The notes beneath the pieces are model-generated. The model was not told the origin of the DNA and did not search any database. It worked only from the letters and a program-made list of their open reading frames with translations. From the NCBI RefSeq assembly GCF_009914755.1, contig NC_060941.1: a stretch of 64,000 bases of DNA. One strand, 5' to 3'. Below, piece after piece: positions 14,019 through 35,394 of the stretch; positions within the stretch are counted from its first letter, which is position 1; every line of letters begins with the position of its first letter. Source of the stretch: the human T2T-CHM13v2.0 reference genome, Homo sapiens. The position numbers and the translations under genes are program-made.

Positions 14019-15027
14019 TTTTTTTTTTTCATTTTAAACAAGAAGTTTATTTAAACAACAAGACGCTTGACTTGAAGGGAAAACTATGTAGGATTCTTTT
14101 TTGTTTTAGAGTAATTTATCCTTACTTAAAGACAGATTACCCTACATGTAACAGCTACGTACAAAAAAGTTATAAAATTGTCCTTGGTTTTACAATGATA
14201 AATGAAAAACATTAAAATTCTCCAATTGAACAAGGTATGCAAGGATTTTTATGTTGTTGTTGTTGTTTTGTTGTTGTTGTTAAAACAGTGAGAGCAAAAT
14301 AACTTACTGGAATATAAAGATAGGAGCTGAATGAGCATGCCACTAATGGAGAAAGGGGGTATTTTCACAGAATCAGTATTTTTCCCCATCCCGTCTCCCC
14401 TTGATGTCAGTCAAAACATACCATTGGCTGTTTAGTTAAAAAAAAAAAATGCAATATGCTTGTGCACATATACCAGTTACTTTACGTACAATAAAGGAAT
14501 GGGGAAGGGGGAAATGAAAGAACAGAGAAAACTATACGGTAGTAGTCAGGATGTGGTGGAACCAAATTGCAGTTTTCTAATTGAGAATGTAATCTTGGTC
14601 TTTAAAGAACAGAGTTCTGGAGTAAAGAAGCAGGTTCCCTTTTCAGTAGACACCTCCCGTCTGCTGTTGGAACACATCAATTGTATCTTCATCCTCCATT
14701 TCCAACTGTGCAGGTGTGTCTGTTTCATTGACTGGTTGCCCGTCGAATGGGAATCTGATCTACCTCATTGACAATCCCTGTTGTTCACAATAGGCTTTCA
14801 TTAGTTTACTGAGTGGTGTATGCCTCTTAATCTTAAACTGCACCATAGAACCATCCTGCCCCGCCACCTTCAAATTAATATGATCGTTGTTCTGTCTTGA
14901 CTCCTTCCTTGGGCTTTTCGTCGGCCATGGCGAGCACTGAAGTCTCCTCAGCTGCCGCTTCACAAAAGAGGTACCAGGTCCGCACCAAATGAGCACACAA
15001 GCAGCACCAGAAGCGGCAGAAGAAGGC
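14019..15027 (-). pseudogene. SUMO2P17: Processed SUMO2 pseudogene (probably SUMO2P17), full-length mRNA copy
   Basis: Intronless. ATG at 14928 ([11 protein letters not shown]..) to TGA at 14643-14645 (..QQTGGVY*). Disabled by a 2-nt deletion at about 14895 and CAG>TAG at 14760-14762. AATAAA at 14046-14051 (-), poly(A) at about 14017-14029, and 15-bp TSD GAGATCTAGCTTCTT at 14004-14018 and 15028-15042. The P17 number is from memory. Confidence 0.93.
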
Positions 15028-15217
15028 GAGATCTAGCTTCTTAACAAAATTTTAAGTGTAACATCTCCTTTTAATTTGGATAAAATAGTAGGTATTGGGC
15101 CGGGCGCGGTGGCTCATGCCTGTAATCCCAGCACTTTGGGAGGCTGAGATGGGTGGATCACCTGTGGTCAGAATTCGAGACCAGTCTGGCCAACCTGGTG
15201 AAACCCCGTCTCTACTA

Positions 15218-15427
<210 letters not shown>

Positions 15428-15474
15428 TCACGCCTGTAATCCCAGCACTTTGGGAGGCCGAGGCGGGTGGATCA

Positions 15475-15736
<262 letters not shown>

Positions 15737-15859
15737 TTAAGCACTTCATATTTGATGATTTTAACCCCCACAACAAAACATTAATCGTTAATATGTGATA
15801 ATTAACAAAGTTATGAATAAATCCATTTCACAGATGGGTCACGGAGAGAGGTTGAGTAA

Positions 15860-16015
<156 letters not shown>

Positions 16016-16018
16016 TGA

Positions 16019-16333
<315 letters not shown>

Positions 16334-16912
16334 TAATTCAGGCAGTCCAACTTCAGAGCTCTTGCACTTAATTACAGATGCTCTGTGTCTCTTTCCAGTT
16401 CTCCTTTCTCCAAATGGGATCATTCTACCTCTGTAAACCTGTCCTTATGACTTCCCTTTGAGTCAGGAAACCTAGTGCTGATGCCAAAGACCCTGAATAG
16501 ATTTCTATTAGGGACGAGAGCCATGGAACGTTCCCTTTCCATCACTTAATTCAATCTCTGATGAAGTCCACACCAGTCATTCCCCCTGCACAGCCATCTT
16601 GCTCATATCCTTCTCAACAAAGTGGCTCCTAACCCTATCTGGAGGACTAGATAGCCATTCTGGCAGAACAGTGGCCCTAGTCACAAGGGAAAAAGGAACC
16701 CCTGTTTGCAAAGCAGCTGTATTTGCTAAGTAAGACACTTTGACAGGCTGAGCATGGCCTGTAATCCCAGCACTTTGGGAGGCCAAGGCGGGCAGATCAC
16801 TTGAGGTCAGGAGTTCGAGGCCAGCCTGGCCAACATGGTGAAACCCCAGCTCTATTAAAAATACAATAATTCGCTGGGTGTGGTGGCAAGTGCTTGTAAT
16901 CTCAGCTACTCA

Positions 16913-17086
<174 letters not shown>

Positions 17087-18711
17087 TCAGTAGTTTCGAT
17101 AGGAACTCAGCATTGAGTTCCTACTGAGGAAACAGCAGAGAACATCTGTGAACATCTGTGGTTGGGTTCTCCTTCATGTTTCACCTCTTTCACATACCTC
17201 ACATACCCCTGCATCCATCCTGCCCATCCTCTATTCCATTTGTCCTGTCATTTTTGACCCCGAGTTTTGACAACCCCAAACCTTGTCCCTCCATAAAGTA
17301 GACAGGCTAGTAGGTCATCATGGTGAAGAGCCCAGACTCTGGAACTAGACTGTCTGGTGGCAACTTTAGACAAGTCACTCAACCGCTCTTGGCTTTGGTT
17401 TCCCCATTTGTAAAATGGCATTGACAATTATAGTCTCTGCTACAGCTAGATGAGTTAAAATGGGTACAGCATTTAGAGCAGCGCCTGACACACGCTGATT
17501 GTAAGCACTCAATACGTGTTCTTCCCTGCCACCTGATTAACAGCTTTGTGAAATTGGGCAGGTCACTCTGAAAGAGGGTATGATTATGATGTAGTGATTA
17601 AGAGCACTAGGTTTGACATCAGATGCCCTTGAATCTTGACTTTTTTTTTTTTTCTGGAGACAGGCTCTCATTCTGTCACCTAGGCTGGAGTACAGTGGTG
17701 CAATCTCGGCTCACTGCAGCCTCAATCTCCCAGGCTTAAGTGATCCTCCCACCTTCAGCCTCCTGAGTAGCCAGGACTACAGGCATGCGTACACGACACT
17801 TGGTTCTGTTCTTGTCTCCTGTCCATTCCACCCCCGAGCCAGCAGTCCCAGGAGACAGCCTCTTCCTATTCAGTATCTCCCCCATGTAGGAGCTTAAGTA
17901 AATGAAATACCACCACCCCTCTCCCATCTTACCTTGAGATTAGGAAAGACTGTGGTTGAGGGCAGCCTGTGTTACTGAATGTTATCTTCGTGGGCTTGGC
18001 TCCAGAGCCCTCAGCAGGAAGAGGGACTGGACCTGCAGCCTCAGACTCAGCACTGGGACTTATAATGAACAGAGTCCTGAGCCCTCTGGTGGGGAGTATT
18101 GGGTTCCATTCTGCTTGCTCCTTGCAGGGCCTTTCCAAGAAGTCAAGGGCCCTTGACACTTTAAGGAGTGCCCACATCATGTCAAAAATATTAAAATGCA
18201 CTCACATCCCACAGAATTTTTTTTTTCTTTTTGAGATGGAGTTTCGCTCTTGTCGCCCAGGCTGGAGTGCCACCACGCCTGGCTAATTTTTGTATTTTTA
18301 TTAGAGATGGGGTTTCCCCATGTTGGTCAGTCTGGTCTCAAACTCCTGACCTCTGGTGATCCGCTCGCCTCAGCCTCCCAAAGTGCTGGGATTACAGGCG
18401 TGAGCCACCATGCCCCGCCTGAAATGTGGTTTATACATAAACTATATATACAAACTGAGTTGAGTTGCAGTTGGTTGAGATTTTGTTTTGTAGCCATTTA
18501 TTTCAATATTTATCCAATGCCATTTTGCAACTGTCTTTTTTATTTTGAAAACAATAACTTTTTTCCAGGTTTCAATAATAAGCCCTAGCTCCTAAGCCAT
18601 TGTGTCTAAGGGATGGGCCAGCAGTCCCTCCAGTGCTTAGGCTGACTTGGTTGGATTCCCTGGTCCCAGAGCTTGTCAACTCCAGAGCCCATGTGAACCA
18701 TGCCCACCCTA

Positions 18712-18804
18712 TCTATCTATTCATCCACCCATCCATCCATCCGTTCGTTCATTCGTCCATCTGTCCATCCTTCCATCCATCTATCCACCCACCCATATCT
18801 ATCT
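18712..18804. repeat. Degenerate (CCAT)n tetranucleotide repeat
   Basis: tcatccacccatccatccatcc... read directly. Confidence 0.85.
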
Positions 18805-18944
18805 GAGCTGTCTATGGTAGAAAAAAAGCAACTTGGGCGGAGGCTAGAGAAGACAAGCATGGTGTGAGACTGCCCTCTAGAGATTGCTACAGGAAAGTGC
18901 AGGTGGGGAGCTCCCTCTTTCAGGATAAGATCAACCCCACCACT

Positions 18945-19420
18945 CGTTCACTCATTCACATTTATTGAGCGAGTACCTACCTATACCCGGCACCGTGTAC
19001 TTACCTGTTCTGGGAACAAAAGACAAATACAAAGAGAAACACCACACGTCCCTGTTCTCCAGGAGGTCACCATGTTGTAGCAGTGACTGCAAACACATAA
19101 ACAAATGATTACTGTTCTGTGCAATGACTACTGGAGTAGATGTGCACCAAGTTCTATGGGAGCACTGAAGGCAAGGAAATAAGTCTGGGGCAATAGGGGA
19201 GGTCATCACAGGGAAGGTGGCATTCAAGATGGGCCTTGAAGGATGTGTAGAAGTTTGCCATGTAGTGCTGGGGAGGAAAGGCATTCGGGGCAGAAGGAAT
19301 GGCAGTGTAGAAATGCAGGCTTGTTGAGGGCCAGCAAGAGGTGTGGCAAAGCTGGAGCATGCATAGTACCGAACAGTCAAGACCCAGCTAGAGAGGCAGG
19401 TGGGACCAGATAGTGAAACT
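18945..19420 (-). mobile_element. L2 fragment
   Basis: L2 3'-end signature (cattcacatttattgagcg..tac..) followed by typical L2 body motifs (gggccttgaaggatg..agaagtttgcca). Confidence 0.6.
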
Positions 19421-19442
19421 CCCACTCAAAAAACAGGAAGTG

Positions 19443-20570
<1,128 letters not shown>

Positions 20571-21729
20571 AGTAGGACATGTCGCACTTAAACTTAAGAC
20601 TCTTTTTCTTGCAGCAGTGGTTTAAACAGAGGAACAAACAGGAAGATCTTGTCGCCTTTGAGGGGCTGTGGTTGGGCCCCTCAAAGTGACTTTGGAGGTT
20701 CTACGCCACTCATGGTCACCCAGTCCCCCAGTTAATCCCAAGTGGGAGCTCCCAAGCAATTGCTGTGCCTGACAGAATGTGCCAGGTACTTGATATGAGG
20801 TTTGTCAAATGCCCAGATCCCAGTGATTGCAGTCACCCTGCCCTCTCCCGTTTTCTGCAGACCGAGACGCGGGCACCCAGCACCGCACCTGGGCCCACTT
20901 CATCCAGATCATGAAGGTGGAGGAGACTGCAGCCAGCAAGTGCAACTGGCCAGCAGTCACACAGCTCCATGACTCCAAGGTTGAGTTCCTGCTGCCTCAC
21001 TGGGTCCTCTGTGGCCAGCAACAAGCCACGTGTCACCACCAAGAGGCCCGACATCTTACAGGTGAAGGGCCCTCTCACCCTGGGTGTGACCAAATAAACT
21101 CCTCAAGAACACCAAACCAAACAAAACAGGACGTGATGCTCTGACCAGAACTCTGTGCCAAACAAGAGGGAGGCCTGACCCAGCCATTCAGAGAATCAGG
21201 CATATCCAGGACCAGGATCTCAGACACTGAGACACAGTACCTGCCTCTCAGGTGGTCTCAGCTGAAGACATTAGTGCTGAGATGATGAGGCCAGGGTGGG
21301 TGGGGAACTTTCAGGTGGGAGTACAGGTGAGACAAGGGAGCAGAGCATGCTAAGAGGAGCCAGGAGAGCTTCCAGAACACCTGTGGCTCTCCTATCTCCC
21401 TAACAATTCCTGCTTCACTCGAGTTTCCTTCCTGGACAGGAATCCTGTCTTCACCATCAACTGGCTGCGAGACCTTGAGAAAGTCACTTAATGATGCACT
21501 GGCTGGGTGAGGTGACTCACGCCTGTAATCCCAGCACTTTGGGAGGCCAAGGCAGGAGGACCACTTGAGCCCAGGGCTTTGGGGCTGCAGTAAACTATGA
21601 TTATGCCATTACACTCCAGCCTGGGCAACAACAGAGAGAGACCCTGTCTTTAAAAAAAAAAAAAAATGCTGGGTACAGTGGCTCATGCCTGTAATCCAAG
21701 CTCTTTGGAAGGCCGAGGCAGGCAGATCA

Positions 21730-22370
<641 letters not shown>

Positions 22371-22424
22371 TACCATGTACCTTTAATTAATGCAGCATGT
22401 TTTTTAAAAATAATCCTTTCCTGT

Positions 22425-22814
<390 letters not shown>

Positions 22815-22959
22815 CTAAAAAAATAAAAAATAAAAAAAAAAAAACAGAAGAAAATAAACGTATCAGAATTGGCACTATCTTCCTCCAAGAGGGCAAAAGC
22901 TTGTCCCCTTGCTCCATGAGGGGAGTATTTCATGCTCTGGAGCTCCCCATGGGCTCAGG

Positions 22960-23116
22960 CTGCATCTGATCTCCAAATGAGATCAGATCCTTACTTCCCC
23001 TTTCCCCGTTTCCCCCGCTTCCCTTATGTCCTGCTCCGGAGAACAGTCTGTCCATCAATCACTTGCACAAGCATCCCGGTTTCAGGCTATGCTCTAGTGA
23101 ACCCAGCCTAAGATAC
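22960..23116 (+). mobile_element. LTR16-like ERVL LTR 3' end
   Basis: Terminal cacttgcacaagcatcc..tcaggct..gaacccagcctaagata resembles the recalled LTR16 end. Confidence 0.45.
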
Positions 23117-23515
23117 ATGACGCTTACTAACCAGTCAATAGCAAGGAAACGGAATGGCCAGCACTCGCTTCAGGCTCTGCCTCTGTGTGAGTTGCTGACA
23201 CACAGAACATCGCAGAGGAGGAACACCGGGCCCAAACCGGTGAGTGATTAAGAAGAAGAAAACATGGTTCTTGGTAAGGCAATCAAACTAACAGAGGTGC
23301 TCTGGAAAGTCACACTCTTGGGGGAAGAAAAGAAGTAACCCTTGACCAGGCGCATGGGCTCACCCCTGTAATCCCAGCACTTTGGGAGGCCGAGGCAGGC
23401 GGATCACCTGAGGTCAGAAGTTCGAGACCAGCCTGGCCAACATGGTGAAACCCTGTCTCTACTAAAAATACAAAAATTAGCCGGGCGTGGTGGTGGGTGC
23501 CTGTAATCCCAGCTA

Positions 23516-23686
<171 letters not shown>

Positions 23687-24176
23687 TCAGCTGCTCAGGC
23701 CGGAGTGCAGTGGCACGATAATAGCTCACTGCAGCCTTGATCTCCTGGGCTCAAGCGATCCTCCCACCTCAGCCTCCTGAGGCCCGGCTTTTTTTTTTTT
23801 TTTTTAAGTAGAGATGAGGTCTTGCTATGTTGCCCAATATGGTCTCAAAATCCTGAGATCAAGTGATCCTCATGCTTTGGCCTCCCGAAGTGGTAGGATT
23901 AAAGGCGTGAACTACTGCATCTGGCCAGATCTTAGCTGTTGGAATAAGGGTATTGATTCATTAATTCAATAATTTACTAATCGAGCACCTACTCCATGCC
24001 AGGTACTATCCTAAGCACAGTGAACAAAACAGGCAAAGATCCCTGCCCTCAAGGAGCTTAAATTATAGAAAGAATAAAGATGAAAAATACAGTAGTAAAC
24101 ATAACAAATAATGATATGGGTAAGAAGTTCATAGAGACTAGGGAAGAGACAATTGCAATCTTAAATAGGGAGATCA

Positions 24177-24503
<327 letters not shown>

Positions 24504-24687
24504 TCAAAAAAAAAAAAGAAAAGAAAAGAAAAAGAAAAGAAAAACCCAAACCTCGGGTCTCTCCAAAGTAGCTCCCACTGAGCTCCCTCTGCTGGACAAA
24601 TGTGAAATTGCTTCCCTTTTTAAAGATAATCTACCGATAGTTGTGGAATGCAACAACCATGTAAGACTAACCTTCCAAAATGGATTA

Positions 24688-25164
<477 letters not shown>

Positions 25165-25989
25165 TTAGTTCGAGACCAACATGGCAAAACCCCGTCTCTA
25201 AAAAAAAAAGAAAGAAAGAAAAGAACCCCCCCAAGCAAGCCTTGCTCTGAATCCTTACCAGGCCTGGAAATTCTCAAAGAAGACAAGCTTCCTGGTTTGA
25301 GTTTTTTAGCAGTGACTCCCGCTAAATGAAATGCTCAAGCCATCAGGTGTTTTAGGAATTGTAGCACCAGGAAGAAACAATACATAGTGCTGGCCAACCG
25401 AGGCCTGAGATTTTTTTAAAGCCAATGTTGCAGGAAGACAACCCCAGACAGACATACAAAAGATTCCCGCAATCGTAGGAAGTGGATGGCTCAAACTGCA
25501 CAGTTCCCAACAGGAAACCCTACTCATTGCTTGTCTTTGGAGCATTCCTGAAGGATGCTTGTTATACAAGGGAAGTCTTCCAAACAGGTAGACCATAGGG
25601 ACCAAAGAACTCACTGTCCAGGAAGTGAGTTACATAAAAACGAGGCTTGTGAACTTTGTTGGTTCTGTCATTGGCTGCTTCTATCATCTACCTGTACAGC
25701 CTTGTCCAGCAAGACACAACACAGCTCCTGGACCAATGGCCAAGTATGGTGCTTCCTTGGAGGTGTCCCTTTTCTTAATGGTAGCTATTGTGAATGTCTC
25801 TTTTTTTTTCCTCCCACTATTGCATATGAGTAGTGATTAATAGTAGGTATTGCCAATCAATTAAAATTGGGAAATTGTAATGGTCAGTAATATATAAGGA
25901 AATATACCTTAAAATTGATACTACATATGTGTGTATATTTAGGAATATTTTGTGTTCGAAAAATTCAATGAACCAATAAAATTAGATTA

Positions 25990-26109
<120 letters not shown>

Positions 26110-26112
26110 TCA

Positions 26113-26837
<725 letters not shown>

Positions 26838-27036
26838 CTACCAAAAAATTAACAAACTGGGTGTGATGGTGTATGCCTGTGGTCCCAGTTACTCAGGAGG
26901 CTGAGGTGGGAGGAATGCCTGAGCCTGGAAGGTCAAGGCTGCAGTGACCCATGATTGTGCCACTGCACTCCTGCCTGGTTGAAGGAGCAAAATCCTGTCT
27001 CAAAAAAAAAAAAAAAAAAAAGGCTGTACCATTTGA

Positions 27037-27213
<177 letters not shown>

Positions 27214-27316
27214 TAGTAGAGACAGAGTTTCACTATGTTGGCAAGGTTGGTCTCAAACTCCTGACCTCATGATCCACCTGCCTTGGCCTCCCAAAGTGCT
27301 GGGATTACAGGCGTGA

Positions 27317-27505
<189 letters not shown>

Positions 27506-27802
27506 TAGAGATGGGGTCTCACTATGTTACCCAGGCTGGTCTCAAACTCCTAACCTCAAGCAATCCTCCCACCTAGGCCTCCCAAAGTACTGGGATTACA
27601 GGTGTGAGTCATTGTGCTGGCCTCACATTTTTTAATTTTTTAAATCAGAAGAGAGGGAGAAGGAACTTGGAAGTTAGTGCAAAGATAATGACTGAGAACC
27701 ATAGACTGAAGGTCTAAGTTGTTGAAAAAATGGAATGCAGGCTGGGCACGGTGGCTCACGCCTGTAATCCCAGCACTTTGGGAGGCCGAGGCGTGTGGAT
27801 CA

Positions 27803-28478
<676 letters not shown>

Positions 28479-28481
28479 TCA

Positions 28482-28856
<375 letters not shown>

Positions 28857-29221
28857 TCAGAAGATACCAGTTATGTGTTGTAGCCATGGTAGTGAGCTCA
28901 AAACTCCACTCTCCTTTTTGTTGTTGTTGTTGTCGTTGTTGTTTTTGAGATACGGTCTCGCTTTGTTGCCCAGGCCAGTGCAGTGGTGCAATCAGAGTTC
29001 ACTGAAGCCTTGACCTCCTGAGCTCAAGTGATCCTCCCACTTCAGCCCCCTGAGTAGCTGGGACTACAGGTACCTGCCATCACACCGAGCTAATTTTTTT
29101 TTTTTTTTTTTTTTTTTGTAGAGATGAGGTTTCGCTATGTTGCCCAGGCTGGTCTCCAATTCCTGGGCTCAAATGATCTGCCCACCTTGGCCTCCCACAC
29201 ACTTTCAATTATACCATGCTA

Positions 29222-29651
<430 letters not shown>

Positions 29652-29755
29652 TCAGGAGTTCAAGACCAGCCTGGCCAACAGAGTGAAACCCCATCTCTAC
29701 TAAAGATACAAAAAAATTAGCCAGGCATAGTGGTGCGCACCTGTAATCCCAGCTA

Positions 29756-29857
<102 letters not shown>

Positions 29858-29864
29858 CTATCTC

Positions 29865-29919
29865 AAAAAGAAAAGAAAAGAAAAGAAAAGAAAAGAAAAG
29901 AAAAGAAAAGAAAAGAAAA
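29865..29919. repeat. (AAAAG)n pentanucleotide STR in an Alu tail
   Basis: About 10 perfect AAAAG units. Confidence 0.95.
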
Positions 29920-30470
29920 TGTTTTTCTGGCCAGGTGCAGGTAGCTCACATCTGTAATCCCAACACTTCCAGAGGCTGAAGTGGGAGGATCCTTGAGGCC
30001 AGGAGTTTGAGACCAGCCTGGACAACATAGCAAGATCCCACCTGTAGTCCTAGATACTTGGGAGAGTGAGGAGGGAGGGTTACTTGAGCCCAGGAGATTA
30101 AGGCTATAATAGTGAGGGATGATTGCACCACTGCACTCCAGCCTGGGCAACAGAGTGAGACCCTGTTTCTAAAAACAAAAAAATTATTAAAAAAAAAAAA
30201 GTTTTCTTAAGAGTCCAGACTTGTGAATTGCCAGATTAGTGTAATTTTTAAAATATGTTTCTATTATAAAGTACCCATACTCATAAAAATATAAATCAAT
30301 TTATTACACCCTCTAGAATTCACTATTAATTTTCAACATTTTTTTCATTCTTTTTCCATGCATATTTTTTCACAATTCTATGCATAGTTTTGCATTATAA
30401 AATATTTCTCAATATAAAATCTTCTTCAAGGCCAGGCGCAGTGGCTCATGCCTGCAATCCCAGCACTTTA

Positions 30471-30813
<343 letters not shown>

Positions 30814-30847
30814 TCACGAGGTCAGGAGATCGAGACCATCCCGGCTA

Positions 30848-31072
<225 letters not shown>

Positions 31073-31554
31073 TTATTTCATCAAGTGAAAATATCATAAC
31101 TTATTTCACCTTTTACTGTCAGTGGAACATTTACTTGTTTCCAATTTCGACAAACTCTGCAAATGCACATCTTTTTAAAAGAATCTGCATTTCTGATTCT
31201 TCAAAATAAATTCCTAGAAGTGATATTACTGGATGAAAAGTGGATGGAGAGCTTAAAGGCTCTTAGTTACTCAAGAATTACTGGGTCAAAGAGGATGGCC
31301 CATTCACAGCCTTTGAATAAAAATAAATATTGCCAAACTGCTTTCAAGGAAGGTTTTCTAATTCATCCTCTCACCAGCAATATAGGAGAGCGTGTGGCTC
31401 ACATTAATAAAAAGAACTCTGCTGTTTTGAGCAGTACTAAGCGGAGCGTTTAAACTTATATTTCTTTGATTAGGAAGGCTGACATTCGTTCCTGCAATTC
31501 ATATTTCTTCCTTACTGAATTGCCTGTTCCTATCCTTTGCTCGTTTTTCTATAG

Positions 31555-32519
<965 letters not shown>

Positions 32520-32540
<21 letters not shown>

Positions 32541-32580
32541 GGGGAAGCTGAGGGCTGAGACCAAGGGCTAAAGCTGGGAG
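32520..32580 (+). other. ATP5MC1: ATP5MC1 non-coding exon 1 (start approximate; alternative donor at 32650/32651)
   Basis: GAG|GTGAGT donor at 32580/32581 just downstream of the CCAAT cluster; a second donor CAG|GTGACT at 32650/32651. Confidence 0.7.
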
Positions 32581-33157
32581 GTGAGTCTGTCACCTTGAGC
32601 CGGGCGAGCGCTGTGGGCCAAGCAGGGGTTGCAGGGCAGTAGGAGTGCAGGTGACTTGGGGCCGGGAGCCAGCAATAGGCAGGGTTGTGGGCTGCGCAGT
32701 GTGGAGGGGTATTTCCCCCCAGTGCTGGGAGAGGCTATGGCAATCTAGATATGGCCTTATCAATGAATGTTAATTACCAACGGTAATGAACGATTGACTG
32801 CCTCGGCTGGGGCGGGTCGGGGACTGCTGTGTAAGATGGGCAGGATCCTGCGCGACACCTGCCCAGTATCCGCCTCCAGTCTTCCCGAGAGACCATTCCC
32901 TTTCGCAACATTTCCTTCCTGGGGCTTGGGCACATTTCCTTGACTTCCGATCTCCATGACTTTGCTTTGAAGACCCACTGCTCTGTCCCTCTGACCTCTA
33001 ATGCCCTCCTCAGCTGGGGCACGGTGCAAGGAAGAGCGTGGTCTAGGGAGGACGGACGGGGGTGAAGGGGACGACCAAAGGTCGTCATTATAAGCAAACA
33101 ACCAGGGTCTCAGTGGGATTATTATTACTATTTTTTCCCCCTCTGCAGACTGAAAAA

Positions 33158-33196
33158 ATGCAGACCGCCGGGGCATTATTCATTTCTCCAGCTCTG
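33158..33196 (+). CDS. ATP5MC1: ATP synthase subunit c (P1) precursor, first coding exon (exon starts at 33149)
   Basis: ctgcag acceptor ending at 33148, ATG at 33158, MQTAGALFISPAL, GTAAG donor at 33197. Confidence 0.97.
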
Positions 33197-33451
33197 GTAA
33201 GGTGCCGCGCCGCGGTGCTCTGTAGTACCAGGTGTATGGTGTGGACGCCATCAGTGTTTAATGAATGAACCCAGGGGAGCTTGGCGTCCTGATGATGTAG
33301 GCTCTTTGAGGTGGCTGTAGGATGTGATGAAGGTAACCCCTGTTTATCTGGGCCTGTGAACCAAGCTATCTTGGCTTTGGAATGTGGTCAGAGAGTCTGG
33401 ATTTGATTTTTATCCCCAGTCTGTCCTGGCCATAGAGACAGCCCACTAAAA

Positions 33452-33634
33452 CAGTGGTTTTCAACAGTGGCTGCACGTTAGAATCATCCAGGGAACTTTT
33501 TAAAATCCTGATGCCTAGGCTGCACCTTAGACCATTTGCATCAGACTTTGGGAATGGGGGTGGAACCCAGGCATCTGTATCTTTTAAGACTTCTCCAGAT
33601 GATTCCACCGTGCAGCCAAGTTTGAGAACCACTG
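33452..33634. mobile_element. MER5-family (hAT-Charlie) MITE, complete, in an ATP5MC1 intron
   Basis: Terminal inverted repeats cagtggttttcaa / ttgagaaccactg; perfect 8-bp TSD CACTAAAA at 33444-33451 and 33635-33642. Confidence 0.9.
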
Positions 33635-34111
33635 CACTAAAAATTATTTCAAAAAAGCCATGTTACAGATGGCTCTCCTTGGATGGCTATTCCAGTCGGT
33701 TTCCGGGGCTGACTGGCCCACTCCATTTAGGGTGTGTAGCTGTGAGTGTATTTTAGCAGAATAAAATTTCCCCCATCTGATTACTTGGTGATCTGGGTAT
33801 AAACCTTTCCTGTACCTGCTTTGGTATTAGTGTGGGTTCTTGTTCCATTCTGAGAAGCTGATTAAAGCTGTGCCCAAAGAAGTGAACTTTGGTTTGGTTT
33901 TGAATGGTGAAGGTTGCCACTGCTGACTATATCAAGCTATTGAGACAGCTGTCTCTGGGGCAGGCCTATCTGATAGGAACAGGAATAAATTGACCTTGAA
34001 ATACATTGAACTTATTCTGTTTATGAAATCTGTAGTCATTTTTGACAGCTCAGCAATTAGGATTTTTTTTCCTTGACTGATTTGGTAGGATGTGGCTTTC
34101 TGATTTTACAG

Positions 34112-34189
34112 ATCCGCTGTTGTACCAGGGGTCTAATCAGGCCTGTGTCTGCCTCCTTCTTGAATAGCCCAGTGAATTCATCTAAACAG
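34112..34189 (+). CDS. ATP5MC1: ATP5MC1 coding exon 2 (mitochondrial presequence)
   Basis: IRCCTRGLIRPVSASFLNSPVNSSKQ; AG/GT boundaries; 78 nt. Confidence 0.97.
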
Positions 34190-34895
34190 GTAAGGGAGGA
34201 ATAGCTCTCTTAGGAATGTTCCCAAGGCCCAGGATGGTGGCTCACACCTGTAATCCCAGCTCTTTGAGAGGCTGAGGCGAGAGGATCACTTGAGCCCAGT
34301 TGTTCAAGACCAGCCTGGGCAACACAGTGAAACCCCATCTCTACAAAAAAAATAAAAAAATTAGCCATGTGTGGTGGCATGTGGCTGTAGTCCCAGTTAC
34401 TCCAGGGCTGAGATGAGAGGATTGGTTAATCCCAGAGGTCGAGACTGCTGTGACTATGCCACTGCACTCCAGACTGGGTGACAGAGCAAGACCCTGACTC
34501 ATAAAAACCCATTAATTAATTTTTTTTAAATCAAGGAATGTTCCCAGACAGGGGTCCTTCAGCTTAAGTTGCCTTTAGACCAAAGTGGGAGGAGAGTTGG
34601 AGAATCTGTATGCTTTAATAGTTCTAAGTCCCCCAAGGTAAGCCTTGTAGGTAAGAAACTTATAAAAGTGAGGTGTGCCTAACCCATGAAATTTCCCTAG
34701 TCCTGTCTGCTGTCTGACAACAGACTCTAAGACTAATTCCCAGCATACTCTGCAATCAGAGTATTCTGCATTTACCAGGCAGTTTGCCAACAGTTTCAGA
34801 GCTCAGGTGGGTGGGGTGAAGGAGGTAGAGTCAGCCACCTGTCCTTATGCCATACTATCTCTCTGCTATCTCGCCTGCCTTGCTTCTCTTTCTAG

Positions 34896-35075
<180 letters not shown>

Positions 35076-35394
35076 TAAGTTTGGGTGGTCTACAGCATCT
35101 CCCACTGTAAATTCCACCCCGTTTGGGGAAGCCTCAGCTGGAGGAGCTCCCTTCAGGAGCCTTCAGGTTGATTTCATCTACATCATAGTTTCTCCAGAGA
35201 AAACATGCATCCAGCCTGGCTCACTTAAACTTACCAGGTTGGCCCACTCTGCTTGTCCATCCAAATCCCCAGGATCTGTGCAGGCTAGGCCCTCTCCCAG
35301 GAGTAACAGTCCCCATTCACCTCACCCTCCTGTGTCCTCCCCTCCCCTCACCCCTTCCTCTCCCTCAACTGGCAATGATCTCTGTCCCTCCCAG

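Noticed and set aside
14760-14996. 78-aa SUMO-like ORF as a functional SUMO paralogue
   Set aside because: Non-ATG start, out of frame with the native ATG because of a 2-nt deletion, and truncated by TAG before the C-terminal di-Gly.
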